This document shows, in pieces, positions 25,268-37,502 of a stretch of 64,000 nucleotides of DNA (positions are counted from its first letter, which is position 1; the number at the start of each line of letters is the position of its first letter). The position numbers were made by a program, and so were the translations under genes. This stretch comes from Octopus sinensis. Its lineage: Eukaryota. The stretch is from positions 102,486,001-102,550,000 of the forward strand of contig NC_042999.1 in assembly GCF_006345805.1 (NCBI RefSeq), given 5' to 3'. Below the pieces are notes generated by a model. It was given only the letters and a program-made list of their open reading frames with translations, had not been told where the DNA came from and did no database searches.

Positions 25268-25545
25268 CTTAGTGGTTCGGGTTTCGGCTGACGATCGTAA
25301 GGTGGCGGCGTGTTGTCCTTGAGCAAGACACTTTATTTCATGTTGCTCCTGTCTAGTCAGCTGTCAAAAATGAGTTGTACCTGTAATTCAAAGGGCCAGC
25401 CTTGACACGTTCTGTGTTACATTGAAATCTCACCGAGAACTAATGTGAACGGTACGCGTGTCTGTGGAGTACTCAGCACGTTAGTTTCACCAATCGGCGG
25501 TTCCGGTTGAACAGATCGACTGGAACACACGTTGTCGTAACCGAC
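25268..25545 (+). mobile_element. SINE family C variant (CCTTGAGCAAGACACTT core)
   Basis: Shares head, core and 3' body with 27385-27715. Confidence 0.8.
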
Positions 25546-25818
25546 GGAATGCTGATTGTTATATAAACCTTAAGCATTATATGTATGTAAGTTTGTATGC
25601 ATAAACATCTATACGATGCTTGCGACACTGTAAAATATACATACATCAAAGAAACAAACTATGTATCATGTTATTCAAACGGGGAAATAAATGTTATGCT
25701 GGGAGGGTTATTTGCGGACGTTGAACATTACTTGTTTCCTCAAATCCCTGTTTTACTATATATTGCCTTTTTTTTAAAATCCAGGTCATCATTATTCGAA
25801 CAAACGGTTCGTCTGAGG

Positions 25819-26052
25819 CAGTAGTTTTCAACTGGGGACCATATAAGATTTTGTTGCTAAAATTTATATCCAATGAATTGGTTTTACTTCTTCAATGGAC
25901 TAAATATGTTAACATTTTTAATGCAGTTCTCAATAATATTTAATAATAAAAATATAGTATGATTTTTTAAACATTGAATAATCTATGAGGGTCCACCCGA
26001 ATAAAATAGGAACGAAAATGGTCCACAGGCAAAAAATGCTTGAGAACAACTG
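25819..26052. mobile_element. hAT-type MITE, 234 bp
   Basis: TIR-like ends CAGTAGTTTTCAAC / TTGAGAACAACTG. 8-bp TSD GTCTGAGG (25811-25818) and GTCTAAGG (26053-26060). Confidence 0.85.
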
Positions 26053-27014
26053 GTCTAAGGCATTCTAGCCCCAACCACATTGTTTTGTTTTCTTCTGTTG
26101 TTGTAATTGTAGGATTACGTTGCCCTATGTGTATTTCTTTTATTAAAACTATGATATGATTTAAGAGAATTTGGCTGTTATTTTTAGAATATCAGGTGAC
26201 CTGCGTATAGGATCTCTCTCGTTGGTTCAATAATGTAGCAGATAAAGTACCGGGAAATTCGTTCACTACTTTCGCTGTCTCCGTCGTCTAGCTACGTCAG
26301 TTACACATGCGGTGATGGTGCTATTTGTCTTAAGGAAAACTTAACGAGAATTATTCGTGATGTAAAGTGTTAAAATTCGATATGCACTAATAATAGACAA
26401 TCGGTGGTAATGGTGGTGGTGGTAGTAATTGTAGTGATGGTGGTGGTGGTAGTTTAGTCGGTAGAAGTGAAGTGGAATTGCGAATACACCCACACTCATA
26501 GATACACACGTATGTAATGTATGCATGGATGGAGGGTTAGGTGCAATGTATGTAAATAATGTGAGTGTATGGAGGGACGGATGTGTAGGCGGGTGGACAG
26601 ATGGCTGGATAGGTGGATTGCAATTAAAGTTAGAGTATGACTGGATGAATAGATGGAGGGATTGATGGATAGAAGTAAAAGCTACGTAAATAATTCTTTC
26701 TAATGTTGGCACAAGAGAAGTAGATAGTTGATTACATTGACCCCCAGAGCTTAACGGGTACTGATTTTATTGACCCTGAAATGATGAAATGCAAAGTTGA
26801 TTTTGGTAAAATTTGAACCCAGAATGTAAAAGCTCAAATGTCACCAAGCTTTTACTCGCCACCGGTGTATGTAAATAACAAGCATTTCTATACGTATGTG
26901 TGTACATATATATTTACATACTTCCATGTATGTATGTATGTATGTATGTATGTATGTATGTATGTATGTATGTATGTATGTATGTATGTATGTATGTATG
27001 TATGTATGTATGTA

Positions 27015-27058
<44 letters not shown>

Positions 27059-27384
27059 CGCGTGCGCGCGTGTGCGTGCGTGCGTGCGTGTGTGTGTACG
27101 TAGGCATAAATGTATCTATGCATTGCATTTTAAATAAACAACAACTTAACCATTCACAAGCATGGGTCTGTGTGTGTGAATTCCAGTATTGCTGAGGTCA
27201 ACTTTGTCTTTCAGCCTATTGAAGTCAATAGAAAAATACCAATCTGAAATATTAGATTGACTGAACTGTAGGGAATTGGAATGGATGCCTTGCAGTATTT
27301 GCTCTGGCTCTTAGCATTCTGAGTTTCAATTCTACCAAGTGTTCTCTGGCCATTACTCTTGATAGTGCTTTATTGTCTGTATCA

Positions 27385-27715
27385 TGGTGAAGGTGTGTGG
27401 CTTAGTGTTTAGGGGTATTTGGCTCACAATCATAAGGACGTGAGTTCAATTCCTGGCAACACATTGTGTCCTTGAGCAAGACACTTTATTTCACATTGCT
27501 CTAGTTCACTCAGCTGGCAAAAAATGAGTTGTACCTGTATTTCAAAGGGCCGCCCTTGTCACATTCTGTGTCATGCTGAATCTTCCTGAGAACTACTATA
27601 AGGGTACATGTGTCTGTAGAGTGCTCAGCTACTTTACACATTAATTTCACGAGCAGGCTGTTCCATTGATGGCATCAACTGGAACCCTCGTTGTCGTAAC
27701 CGATGAAGTGCCAGT
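27385..27715 (+). mobile_element. SINE family C variant, CpG-depleted copy
   Basis: GAGTTCAATTCC B-box-like motif, GTGTCCTTGAGCAAGACACTT core, family C 3' body. Confidence 0.85.
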
Positions 27716-27759
27716 TTAGATTTATATCATGGTTTATGTTGGGTTTATTCTTTTATTTG

Positions 27760-27925
27760 TTTCAGTTATTTGACTGCGGCCATACTGGAGCAATGCCTTT
27801 AGTTGAACAAATCCACCCCAGGACTTATTCTTTGTAAGCCTAGTACTTATTCTATCGGTCTCTTTTTGTCGAACCGCTAAGTTACTGGGACGTAAACACA
27901 CCAACATCAGTAGTCAAGGAATGAT
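27760..27925 (-). mobile_element. SINE family A 3' half
   Basis: TTTCAGTTATTTGACTGCGGCCAT..GAACCGCTAAGTTAC.. Confidence 0.8.
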
Positions 27926-29102
27926 GGGGGGGGGGCAGCTGGGTCTACCTCAAGTTACAGCCTACTGTCTTGAGAAACTAAAGAACATCATACATCGGAG
28001 GAAAAAAAAAAAATGGATGATCATAGCTGGAATGGTTCTTAAGCATTTTTTTACGCCCCACTGTTGTTATTCTTAGCACCCGCCTATGTAGTGAGTGAGG
28101 TATCACAACTGAACTAACATACCATGGATAATGATTTATAAATTTTACTCTAAAAATGGATTGTATTGTATCAGCTTTTAACAGTGAAATGATTAAAAAA
28201 TGAATAAAGACAAAAGTTGTAAATTCACTTTTTGAAAGCTAATGACTTCTCTGCACCTGATGAGATATCTCATTTTATTTTAATAACCATTACTGTTTTT
28301 AAATATAATTATTACTACAGGTAAAATTTAGCATGTTAATTATGTCACCTCACCCCACACCCCCACCAGTGCACCCTAAAGCCTAACACCTCCTTTGACA
28401 TGCCCAGCACCCCCCTGGGAGTGGAACCTCTGGTCTAAACAATGACAGCTGCTATTATCTATTACTCCTGCCACAGCTACAGCTGATACCACTGCTACCA
28501 CCACTACTACTATGCCAGTTCAAGGAAACTGCACTTTCGTAGTTGCTTGACCTACATGAAACAGCAGCAAGACAAAAAGAAAATCAAATTAGTTTTGTGT
28601 ATTGTTTTCCTTACACTTTCAGAGCGTAAGATATGAATGAAAACAAGTTCTTTATGATATTTTTTTCATGTCATTTGTATTAAAATTTTTCTTGTCAGTT
28701 TTGCTCTAGGTCAACCATGCTTGTGTAGATGTTGTTGCTGTTGTTTTATCCTAGCTCAACTTTCATTGAAAGAGATTTATATCCAAAGTTTTTCCTGCTG
28801 TAACACTCCCAATCTTTATTTTTAACTTTTTACCCATAGTATATTTAGGATCACTGAGGTGTGGCAGTGGTTGTGTGTGTGTGTGTGTGGATTTTTCTTT
28901 ATAAGTACATGATTTTGAGTTCTACCTCACTGCATGATACTCTGAATAAATGTTTTTTACTAGACTCTTTGGATCAACTAAACTGTGTAAGTTGAAAATT
29001 GGGAGACAGAAACAGTCCTACTCTCAGGATGACATCTAATCCAACATATTCTGCTGGAAGGGGCAGCTGGGTCTACCTCAGGTTACAGCCTACTGTCTTG
29101 AG

Positions 29103-29318
29103 AGAGCTGGCAGAAACATTAGCGCGCCGGGCGAAATGCTTAGCAGTATTCCGTCTGCCGCTATGTTCTGAGTTCAAATTCCGCCGAGGTCGACTTTGCC
29201 TTTCATCCTTTCGGGGTCAATAAATTAAGTACCAGTTATGCACTGGGGTCGATATAATCGACTTAATCCGTTTGTCTGTCCTCTCTGTGTTTAGCCCCTT
29301 GTGGGTAGTAAAGAAATA
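29103..29318 (+). mobile_element. SINE family B, young copy inserted in a locally duplicated segment
   Basis: Full head to AAAGAAATA tail; absent from the paralogous segment at 27932-28123. Confidence 0.88.
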
Positions 29319-29496
29319 CATACATTGGAGAATGTCATTGAAGATATGTAATACTTAGAAAAAAAAAAATGGATGATCATAGCTGGAATGTGTAAACCAG
29401 TGGTTCTTAAGCATTTTTTTGCAGCCCCACTGTTGTTATTCTTAGCACCCACCTATGTGGTGAGTGAGGTATCACAACTGAACTAACATACCTGTA

Positions 29497-29960
29497 CAGA
29501 AGCTTGTTGTGGTGAGAAAGGATCTTCAGACATTGGGCTTCACAGACGGAATGACAAGAGACCATGACTCTGGCAGTTTGCTTTGCTTGAGAAGACATGT
29601 CAGGCTAAGTAAAATCATGGTTGTCCTGGCATACAAGCATGTCCCTGCATCCCTCTTCAACTGAGTGATCCTAATCTTGTGGGTTCTTGGCTGCTGGCGC
29701 CACATAAAAGTCACCAGTACCAGTACCATGTAAAAGCACTCATGCTGGTGCTGTATAAAGGCATCCTGTACATGCTGTAGAGTGGTTGGCATTAGGAAGG
29801 GCATCCAGCCATAGAAACCATGCTAAAACAGACATGGAAACCAGGCAGCACTTCAGCTGGCCAGCTTCTGTCAAACAGTCCCACCCATGCCAGCATGGAA
29901 AATGAACATCAAATGATGATGATGATAATGATTATGATGATGATAATTATTATTATTATT
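29497..29960 (+). mobile_element. RTE LINE 3' end with (GAT)n tail
   Basis: VVRKDLQTLGFT..MTRD..EKTCQAK* ORF end, 3' UTR with GGTTGGCATTAGGAAGGGCATCCAGC, then (GAT)n. Shorter tails of the same family at about 30040, 34190-34410, 47455-47650, 54260-54440, 57960-58200 and 60720-60860. Confidence 0.85.
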
Positions 29961-30801
29961 ATGATGATGATGATGATATATATATATATTATATATTCTT
30001 TTTTGGAATGATGAATCTTGAAGCTAATAAAGCTATAAATCATCATCATCATCATCATCTAATATTCGCTTTCCATGCTGACATGGGTTGGACAGTTTGA
30101 ACAGGAGCTAGTGAGGCTGGGAGCTGTACCAGGTCATTTTATGACCAACATCTGGTCATAAAATGATGCCTCTGAATAAGTCTCTATCCAACCCATGCCT
30201 GCAAATTAAAAAATGACTGAGTGAATAAACAAATGTTTAGGAATACATTATTTAGTCTGTCCTCTCTATTTATGTTGGGAATGTATAGTTTCAGGGAAAT
30301 TTAACTGGCATTTCTAGCTGGTGAAGTGACTGCATATAGTTTCCATTGTTCACTTGTTGCTAGAGCAGATGTAAGTGTGCTGATGTATAAGCTAATAACT
30401 TGGTTGTTGTTCTGGCAAAACCACTTATATTTATTGGTTGCTGTTGATCCTTGGAACATTCGGCTTTCAGGTGTCAATAAGTGTGTGCTGGTTGAGCAAT
30501 GAGGTTAATATAATTGATAAATCTACTCCCTCAAAATTCTTATTCTGGTAACTAATTAATGGTGACTAGCAGAATTGTCAAGGCAAAAGGAAAAAGCTTT
30601 GTTCTACATTTTCAAGTGAAATCCTGTTGAGGTTAACTTTGTCTTTCATCCACCTGTCAAGTGGCTGATAAAATAAATAAGTCAAATACAGGATTTTATT
30701 AATAGGCTGTTCCCTAATGCCTACATTTATAGCTTTATGTTACAAGGCTTTATTATTACATATCTATCTATCTATCTATGGAAGCTCCTCGTGTTTGAAG
30801 A

Positions 30802-30900
30802 TCATGAGAAAGAGCAGGAAGTTCTTAAATGATAATGTAAACCAATCCTTGAATAAAAGGCTTTAGTGCATTTCTGGCATGTTAAGTTAGGAATTGTGAC
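30802..30900 (-). mobile_element. RTE-BovB-like C-terminal zinc-finger remnant
   Basis: TCQKCTKAFYSRIGLHYHLRT matches the C..C...SRIGL.SH.R.H terminus of RTE ORFs. Confidence 0.55.
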
Positions 30901-31202
30901 AATAGCTTTTCTTTCTTTTGGCATCAAAAAAGTAATCTACACACATGCTTGCATGCACACGTGCATGCGCACACATAAGATGAAGTTTGTCTATTTGCTA
31001 TAGAAAATCAATGAGTTGAATTTATATATTAAAAAATAAACTTCATAATAACCAGTTCTTTACAATGAAATTAACAAAACTATTTAGTTATTTGCACAGT
31101 ATTTAATTATGATATTTAATTTTGAAATTGAAATTAATGATTAATGTTTACAGTGTACATTACAAAATGTAAATATCTGATATAGGAAGAGATTAAACTT
31201 AC

Positions 31203-31224
31203 CTCTCTTGGAGTTCATAACTAC
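31203..31224 (-). CDS. Candidate 22-nt micro-exon
   Basis: TTTATGTTCTTTTTAAAG| acceptor and GAG|GTAAGT donor. Phase 0 reads VVMNSKR; phase 1 reads GSYELQE. Confidence 0.55.
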
Positions 31225-31329
31225 CTTTAAAAAGAACATAAACATGATGGTGTGATTTTGGCAGTTTCAGACAGACAATTTAGTTAGAAATTAATTTTAA
31301 AAAAATTATTTAATTTAAACAATATTGTT

Positions 31330-31695
31330 GAGTGGCTGTGTGGTGAGTAGCTTGCTAACCAACCACACGGTTGCGGGTTCAGTCCCACTGCGTGGCATCT
31401 TGGGCAAGTGTCTTCTGCTATAGCCCCGGGCCGACCAATGCCTTGTGAGTGGATTTGGTAGACGGAAACTGAAAGAAGCCTGTCGTATATATGTATATAT
31501 ATATGTATGCGTGTGTTTGTGTGTCTGTGTTTGTCCCTCTAGCATTGCTTGACAACCGATGCTGGTGTGTTTAGGTCCCCGTCACTTAGCGGTTCGGCAA
31601 AAAGAGACCGATAGAATAAGTACTAAAAGGTGGTGCTCCAGCATGGCCGCAGTCAAATGACTGAAACAAGTAAAAGAGTAAAAGAGTAAAAGAGT
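31330..31695 (+). mobile_element. SINE family A
   Basis: GAGTGGCTGTGTGG head, GGGTTCAGTCCC B-box-like motif, CTTGGGCAAGTG CORE-like motif, (AAAAGAGT)n tail. Confidence 0.9.
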
Positions 31696-31761
31696 ATACC
31701 TTTTTGAAAAAAAATGTTCTTTTTATGCTTTCTAAGTGACAATATACTGCCCCCCACCCCA

Positions 31762-32240
31762 CGATACAGTTTATTGATCAAAATGAAGTTGCTACTTATC
31801 CCATGGAGTTTCTAAATTCTTTGGAATTTTCAGGATTGTTTGCTCTTGGAGCTTCTATAATACTTTACTGAAATTTATTTCAGCCTAATTTTGAGGGAAG
31901 GAGTAAGTCAATTACATCAACCCTAGTACTTGACTGGTACTTATTTTACTGATCTTGAAAGGATGACAGGCAAAGTTGTTGATCTTGGTGGAATTTGAAC
32001 CTGGAATGTAAATTCAGACAAAACGCCACTAAGCATTTTGTCTGGTGTGCTAATGATTCTGCCAGCTTGCTGCCTCCATGATAACTAAAATGATAATAAA
32101 GGCATTATAGCTTCTTGTCATTGAAACTCAAATTCAAACTGGTTGTAACCACAAAGATAATTTTATTACTTATGATAAAACAGCGATACCATTTCAGTTT
32201 AAGTGCTTACAATTTCCAGTAAAATTATATTTTGCTCTAG
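31762..32240 (+). mobile_element. Helitron Pif1-like helicase remnant split by a SINE B
   Basis: IDQNEVATYPMEFLNSLEFSGL..GASIILY*NL, and after the SINE (about 31900-32080) VIETQIQTGC..IPFQFKCLQFPVKLYFA. Both are conserved Helitron helicase motifs. Confidence 0.8.
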
Positions 32241-32635
32241 TTCTATAGCATTCAAATTACATTGTCAAATGTAATAAGCATTACATTCGACAATATAATG
32301 TTGAACGTAATGCTTCTTAATTAGTGATTCACATTGTTTTGAATAAATCATGCATTATCTTGTAGCTTCGTGATTTCAATGATTATTTGTTTATTATTAA
32401 AATAACATAGTGTGGGAGGCCAAATCTGACCACCAATTTTAATATTAAAACAAGTAGAGTATTTGAGCCAGATATGGTTGGTTTATATGTTAAAAGGTCA
32501 GAGTTGGAATGGCTAAAAATCTTTACATCTTTTCCTCTTAGAGAAACCATGCAGTGTTACAATTTCAAATGAATTTTTGTTTAAATGTTTGTTGGTTTCT
32601 CCCTTCCTAACTTTGGTTTAGTTGCTGAATAATGT

Positions 32636-33058
32636 ACTCTTTTACTCTTTTACTTGTTTCAGTCATTTGACTGTGGCCATGCTGGAGCACCGCCTTTAGT
32701 TGAGCAAATCAACCCCAGGACTTATTCTTTGTAAGCCTAGTACTTACTCTATCAGTCTCTTTTGCCGAACCGCTAAGTTACGGGAACGTAAACACACCAG
32801 CATCGGTTGTCAAGCGATGTTGGGGAGATAAACACAAACGCAGAAACATATACACACACACGTACACATATATATACATATACATATATACAATGGGCTT
32901 CTTTCTGTTTCCATCTACCAAATCCACTCACAAAGCTTTGGTTGGCCCGTGGCTATAGTAGAAGACACTTGTCCAAGGTGCCACGCAGTGGGACTGAACC
33001 CTGAACCATGTTGTTTGTAAGCAAGCTACTTACCACACAGCCATTCCTACACCTAAAA
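32636..33058 (-). mobile_element. SINE family A, full length
   Basis: Reverse complement of the family A consensus seen in other copies. Confidence 0.9.
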
Positions 33059-33237
33059 AGTATTATAAGATTTCAATTTTGCTTATCTACTTTTTCACCT
33101 GTGCAATGTGCGTTTACTCAGCATTCACATGCACAGACATGTATGTATGTATGTATTTATGTATGCATGTATGTATGTGGTGTGTGTATGGGTGTATGTA
33201 TGTGTGTGTATGTATGTATATATGTATACATATATAC

Positions 33238-33297
<60 letters not shown>

Positions 33298-34027
33298 CAT
33301 ATATATATATATATTAATAATTAAGGGTACTAACAGGCAGTATTAGCATGCTGACATAGCAGTCAAAATGATCAAACCACAAGTTTTCATTTAAACACAA
33401 AGGTGAAAGTGGGCAAATGAATAGAAAAAATCCTAAGACCGCCATACCAATGATGAAAATAATTGAAAATTGAAGTCAGACATAAACTCCACTCACTCCT
33501 CCATTCCATCACACCCGATGCCACTACCCCAAATCCTCCCCTTACCCCTCTCCCTCCCTGATACGCTCCTCCCACCCTCATTATATAAAGTGAGTTACCA
33601 TCAACATTTACTTTTAAAAATCATGAAATTGTGAAACCAGTTAAGTTAGTAGAAATAAATCTTTTAAAAGACTCCAAGTGCATTTTCAACTTCATTTATT
33701 TATGTGTGTATGTGTGTGCGTGTGTATGAATGTTCCCTGATGAAGGACACATGTACATCATATGCACATTTGAGTAAGGAAGAGATGCACCAGCTGGTGC
33801 ATCCCTCTGTCATAATATGCCTTGCATTTTTTCTAGCTCTCAACACTGTGAGTTCAAATTCCATTGAGACTATCTTTAGCTTTCATTCGTCTAAATATCA
33901 ATAAAGTACCAGTTAAATACTGGGATTGATAGTATCAGCTAATTCCTCCCCCTCAAAATTAGAGACATTGTTCCTAAATTAGAAACAGTTATTATTTCAT
34001 CTCATATATGATTGGTTATTTTCTTAC

Positions 34028-34107
34028 CGGATGAAAGTTCCTAATACTTTTGCAACCCATCTCTGTAATGTCTTCAAATCATTGCTCTTGTGCCAAATGA
34101 AACTGAA
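34028..34107 (-). other. Candidate alternative exon (80 nt, phase 0 to 2)
   Basis: CTGTCATCTCCTTAAAG| acceptor and CCG|GTAAGA donor. Open in phase 0 (FSFIWHKSNDLKTLQRWVAKVLGTFI). Joining it to 31203-31224 creates a stop. Confidence 0.3.
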
Positions 34108-35598
34108 CTTTAAGGAGATGACAGAGGACTGAGATATATGGCACCTTGCTGTATTCAAGAAGACCTGCCCACCTCTTTGAGATCCTAAAACCAACATTGG
34201 GATCCTAAAACCAAGGTACCTCATAAAAAGCATTGATATGGGTGCTGGTGCCTCACAAAAAGCACTGGGTCTAGTGCCACATAAAAAGCACTGTGATGGT
34301 GCCACATAAAATGCACTGGTGATGGTTCCACATGAAAAGCGTCTTGTACACTCTGTAAAATGGTTGGCATTAGGAAGGACATCCAGGTGTAGAAACCAAG
34401 TCAAAACAACTTTTCTTTTTTCTAGGCAGGGGTGTTTGCCCTAAGCAAACCCATTTTCACCTCTGGAAAGAGATGGCCCTTATTCATCTGGCCACTATCC
34501 TTTGATCCATCCAGTGTGGAATCCCCACCTGCTACCTGGAGCTTGTGCTCCACTGGCATAGCTCGCAAGGTCACTGAGATATGCAAGTCATCACACCATA
34601 ATGAGGACTGGATCTTGTGGATTTGCTCCTCTTACTAACTGTAGCATTTTAAAGTGTTTGGTCCTTATTTCTAGTTTCATGGCTGCCTGATAGAGGAATG
34701 GACAATAAACTATCTTCAATGACTTTCCCAGATTACATTGCTGAGGCATGTTGAATTTAATATACTGTCAAGTGAATTGAACTCAAGACCTTTCTGTTGG
34801 TAGCTGAATATCATACCAAATAAGTTTACTTTCTATCGTCCTTGAAAACTGTTCTCAGTTACTGACCTTGGAAACATGGCTGAATTCATCAATATATTTA
34901 TGTACAGGCTCTACAGGGCAGCATGGACTTCAATCAGAAAGCCTTTTTGATCAATACATCCAAGACTTGAGTCCTGCAAGATTGCTAATGGCACTAAATT
35001 CACTGCTACTACTACTGTCAACATCACAGCTTCCACTACAGCCACCACCCCTACCATTGACTGGCACAATGACAACGATGATGATGACAACAATCACCAC
35101 CACCACCACCATCACTACCACTAATACCACCATTGCCACCAGTACCACCACAACCAATGCTGCTACCATCACTGCTATCACCACCACCAGCACAACCTCC
35201 ATCACCATTATCATCACCACTACCATTACCATTATTACTACAGCAGCACCACTACTATTACCACAACCATCATTAACAAAGCTACCATTGTCACCACAAT
35301 TATAACCACCACCACCATCACCACCAACATCACTATTGTCTCCATCACCTACACACTATAACCATAAGTATTGCTACTGCTTTAGTTATTTGGCAACATA
35401 TAAGTACCAATATCTATTTTACAATTTTATTTCACAAACATAGATATAGAACAAGAAACTATTTTCTTCATTGATCTCTTAACTCTGTTTCATTTTGAGT
35501 TTTTTTTTCTAAGGGTAATCAATGGAAGTATATTGATTGATAGAAGTTAGATGACATTTGTTATGATTCAGTGTATGCTGCTATTATTATTGTTGTTG

Positions 35599-35644
<46 letters not shown>

Positions 35645-36136
35645 GAGAGAGCAGTGCATGCCATCAAAGTGATACTGGGGTAAAATATACGAAGCCCAGT
35701 ATAGCCATCATGACTACCCGTATGTGTGCAACATGGTGATCTCATATCAAGATAAACAGCAAATGACCTTGCAGGTGGGGCCCGGTTAGAATTTTCTTCA
35801 GGTCGAGTAACCTATCCTGCTCAAAAGGCCCCTGAATAAAGGTTGTTTAAGGATGTTGAATGAAACACCCATGCTTCCAGAGGCGAATTATTCAACTCCC
35901 AAAGAATTCCTCTGATCATATTGCTATGATGCTCCCCCACTATTTCTGCTTGTGATCAGAGATGCACATATCGTCAGTCACAAAAGGACATGTTCTACTG
36001 GTTATGGTCAAACAACTGTGGTATTGAGCAGAATATTTGATGTAGCCCATCTTTTATACCAAGACAAAACAATTTAAATGATAACACTTCCAATCAGTTA
36101 AGATGAGAAGCCATGAAAGCCACTTCATCAGGGCAT
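35645..36136 (-). mobile_element. About 490-bp non-coding interspersed element flanked by (TTA)n on both sides
   Basis: (TTA)n at 35602-35644 and 36137-36174 bracket a complex non-coding sequence. No ORF or TIR seen. Confidence 0.55.
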
Positions 36137-36177
36137 TTATCATTATTATTATTATTATTATTATTGTTATTATTTTG

Positions 36178-36990
36178 GTGGCGAGCTGGCAGAAACGTTA
36201 GCATGCCGGGCAAAATGTGTAGCCATATTTCGCCTGCCGTTGCGTTCTAAGTTCAGATTCCGCCGAGGTCGACTTTGCCTTTCATCCTTTCGGGGTTGAT
36301 AAATTAAGTACCAGTTACGCACTGGGGTCGATATAATTGATTCAATCCATTTGTCTGTCCTTGTTTGTCCTCTCTGTGTTTAGCCCCTTGTGGGCAATAA
36401 AGAAATAAGAATCATTAACACATTGAGTATAATGCTTAGTGGCATTTCATCGGTCTTTACATTCTGAGTTCCAATTCTGCTAAGGTTGATTTTGCTTTTT
36501 ATCTTTTTGAGGTTGATAAGATAAGTACCAGTCAAGTACTGGAGTCGATGAAAATGACTAGCCTCCTCCCCTAACATTTTAGGCCTTGTGCCTATAGTAG
36601 AAAGGATTATTATTATTATTATTAAGAGAGCAAGTTGGCAGAATTGTTAGTACACTGAGAAAATGCTTAGCAGCATAAAATAAGCAAGAATTGAACACTG
36701 GGCTTGATGTAATCTATTAGCCCCATCCCTGCAAATTTTGTGCCTTGTGCCTATAGTAGAAAGGATCATTTTTTTTTTTATTAAGACAGTGGGCTGGCAG
36801 AATCATTAGCACACTGGAGAAAATGCTGCCCATCTTTGTGCTCTGAGTTCAAATTCCACCAAAGTCAGCTTTGCCTTTCGTCCTTTTATGGTTGATAAAA
36901 TAAGTACCAGTTGAATACTGGGGTTGATGCAATCAACTAAAGCTTTCCCTGCTAATTCTTGATCTTATTAGAATTATTACTTTGGCCTAG
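36178..36990 (+). mobile_element. Head-to-tail cluster of four SINE B copies
   Basis: Heads at about 36178, 36410, 36625 and 36785; GGCCTTGTGCCTATAGTAGAAAGGATTATT-type tails. Confidence 0.75.
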
Positions 36991-37502
36991 TAGTAGAAAG
37001 AATTATTACTTTGGCCTACTGGTTAGGATGTTGCACTCACAATTGTGAGATCATGGTTTCAATCCGTTGATCAGATGGTACTAGCATAGTTAGAGTGTGT
37101 GTTACCAAGAGCGGCCCTTCTGTTTGCTGCCCCCTCACAAAAAGCACATATTGCCTACAGTAGACCTAAAAGTGCTGCCAGGAGTGGACTGCCCCTACAG
37201 TCGCCCCCCCCTACTAGCTATGCTAGTGCCGATTTGTTTGTTGTTCTTGAGCAAAACACTTCATCTCACATTGCTCTGAGATCACTTCTACACCTGATAT
37301 GTGACACACAGTGCACCTGTTCAACCAGCGTCGATTTGATGGAAGGAGTGAGCTAATGTACAGCACATACATTTGATCACTATGAACAAATCATTTGTGC
37401 AGGTCATTCAGCAAAAAAAGCTGAACACTCATATGTTGTCTTCAATGGGAAAGTCCATCATTATTATTAGCATCATCATTTTGATGTAACCATTTCACTT
37501 AC

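Noticed and set aside
29490-29600. CAG|GTATGT minus-strand donor with an open frame
   Set aside because: The putative exon is the antisense of an RTE 3' end; the donor arises at the insertion junction.
30802-30880. C2H2-like host zinc-finger exon
   Set aside because: SRIGL..HLRT is the RTE LINE terminal finger, and it is a single isolated copy.
34410-34640. Plus-strand acceptor and ORF AGVFALSKPIF..
   Set aside because: No good donor; the sequence resembles a LINE 5' region and adjoins an RTE tail.
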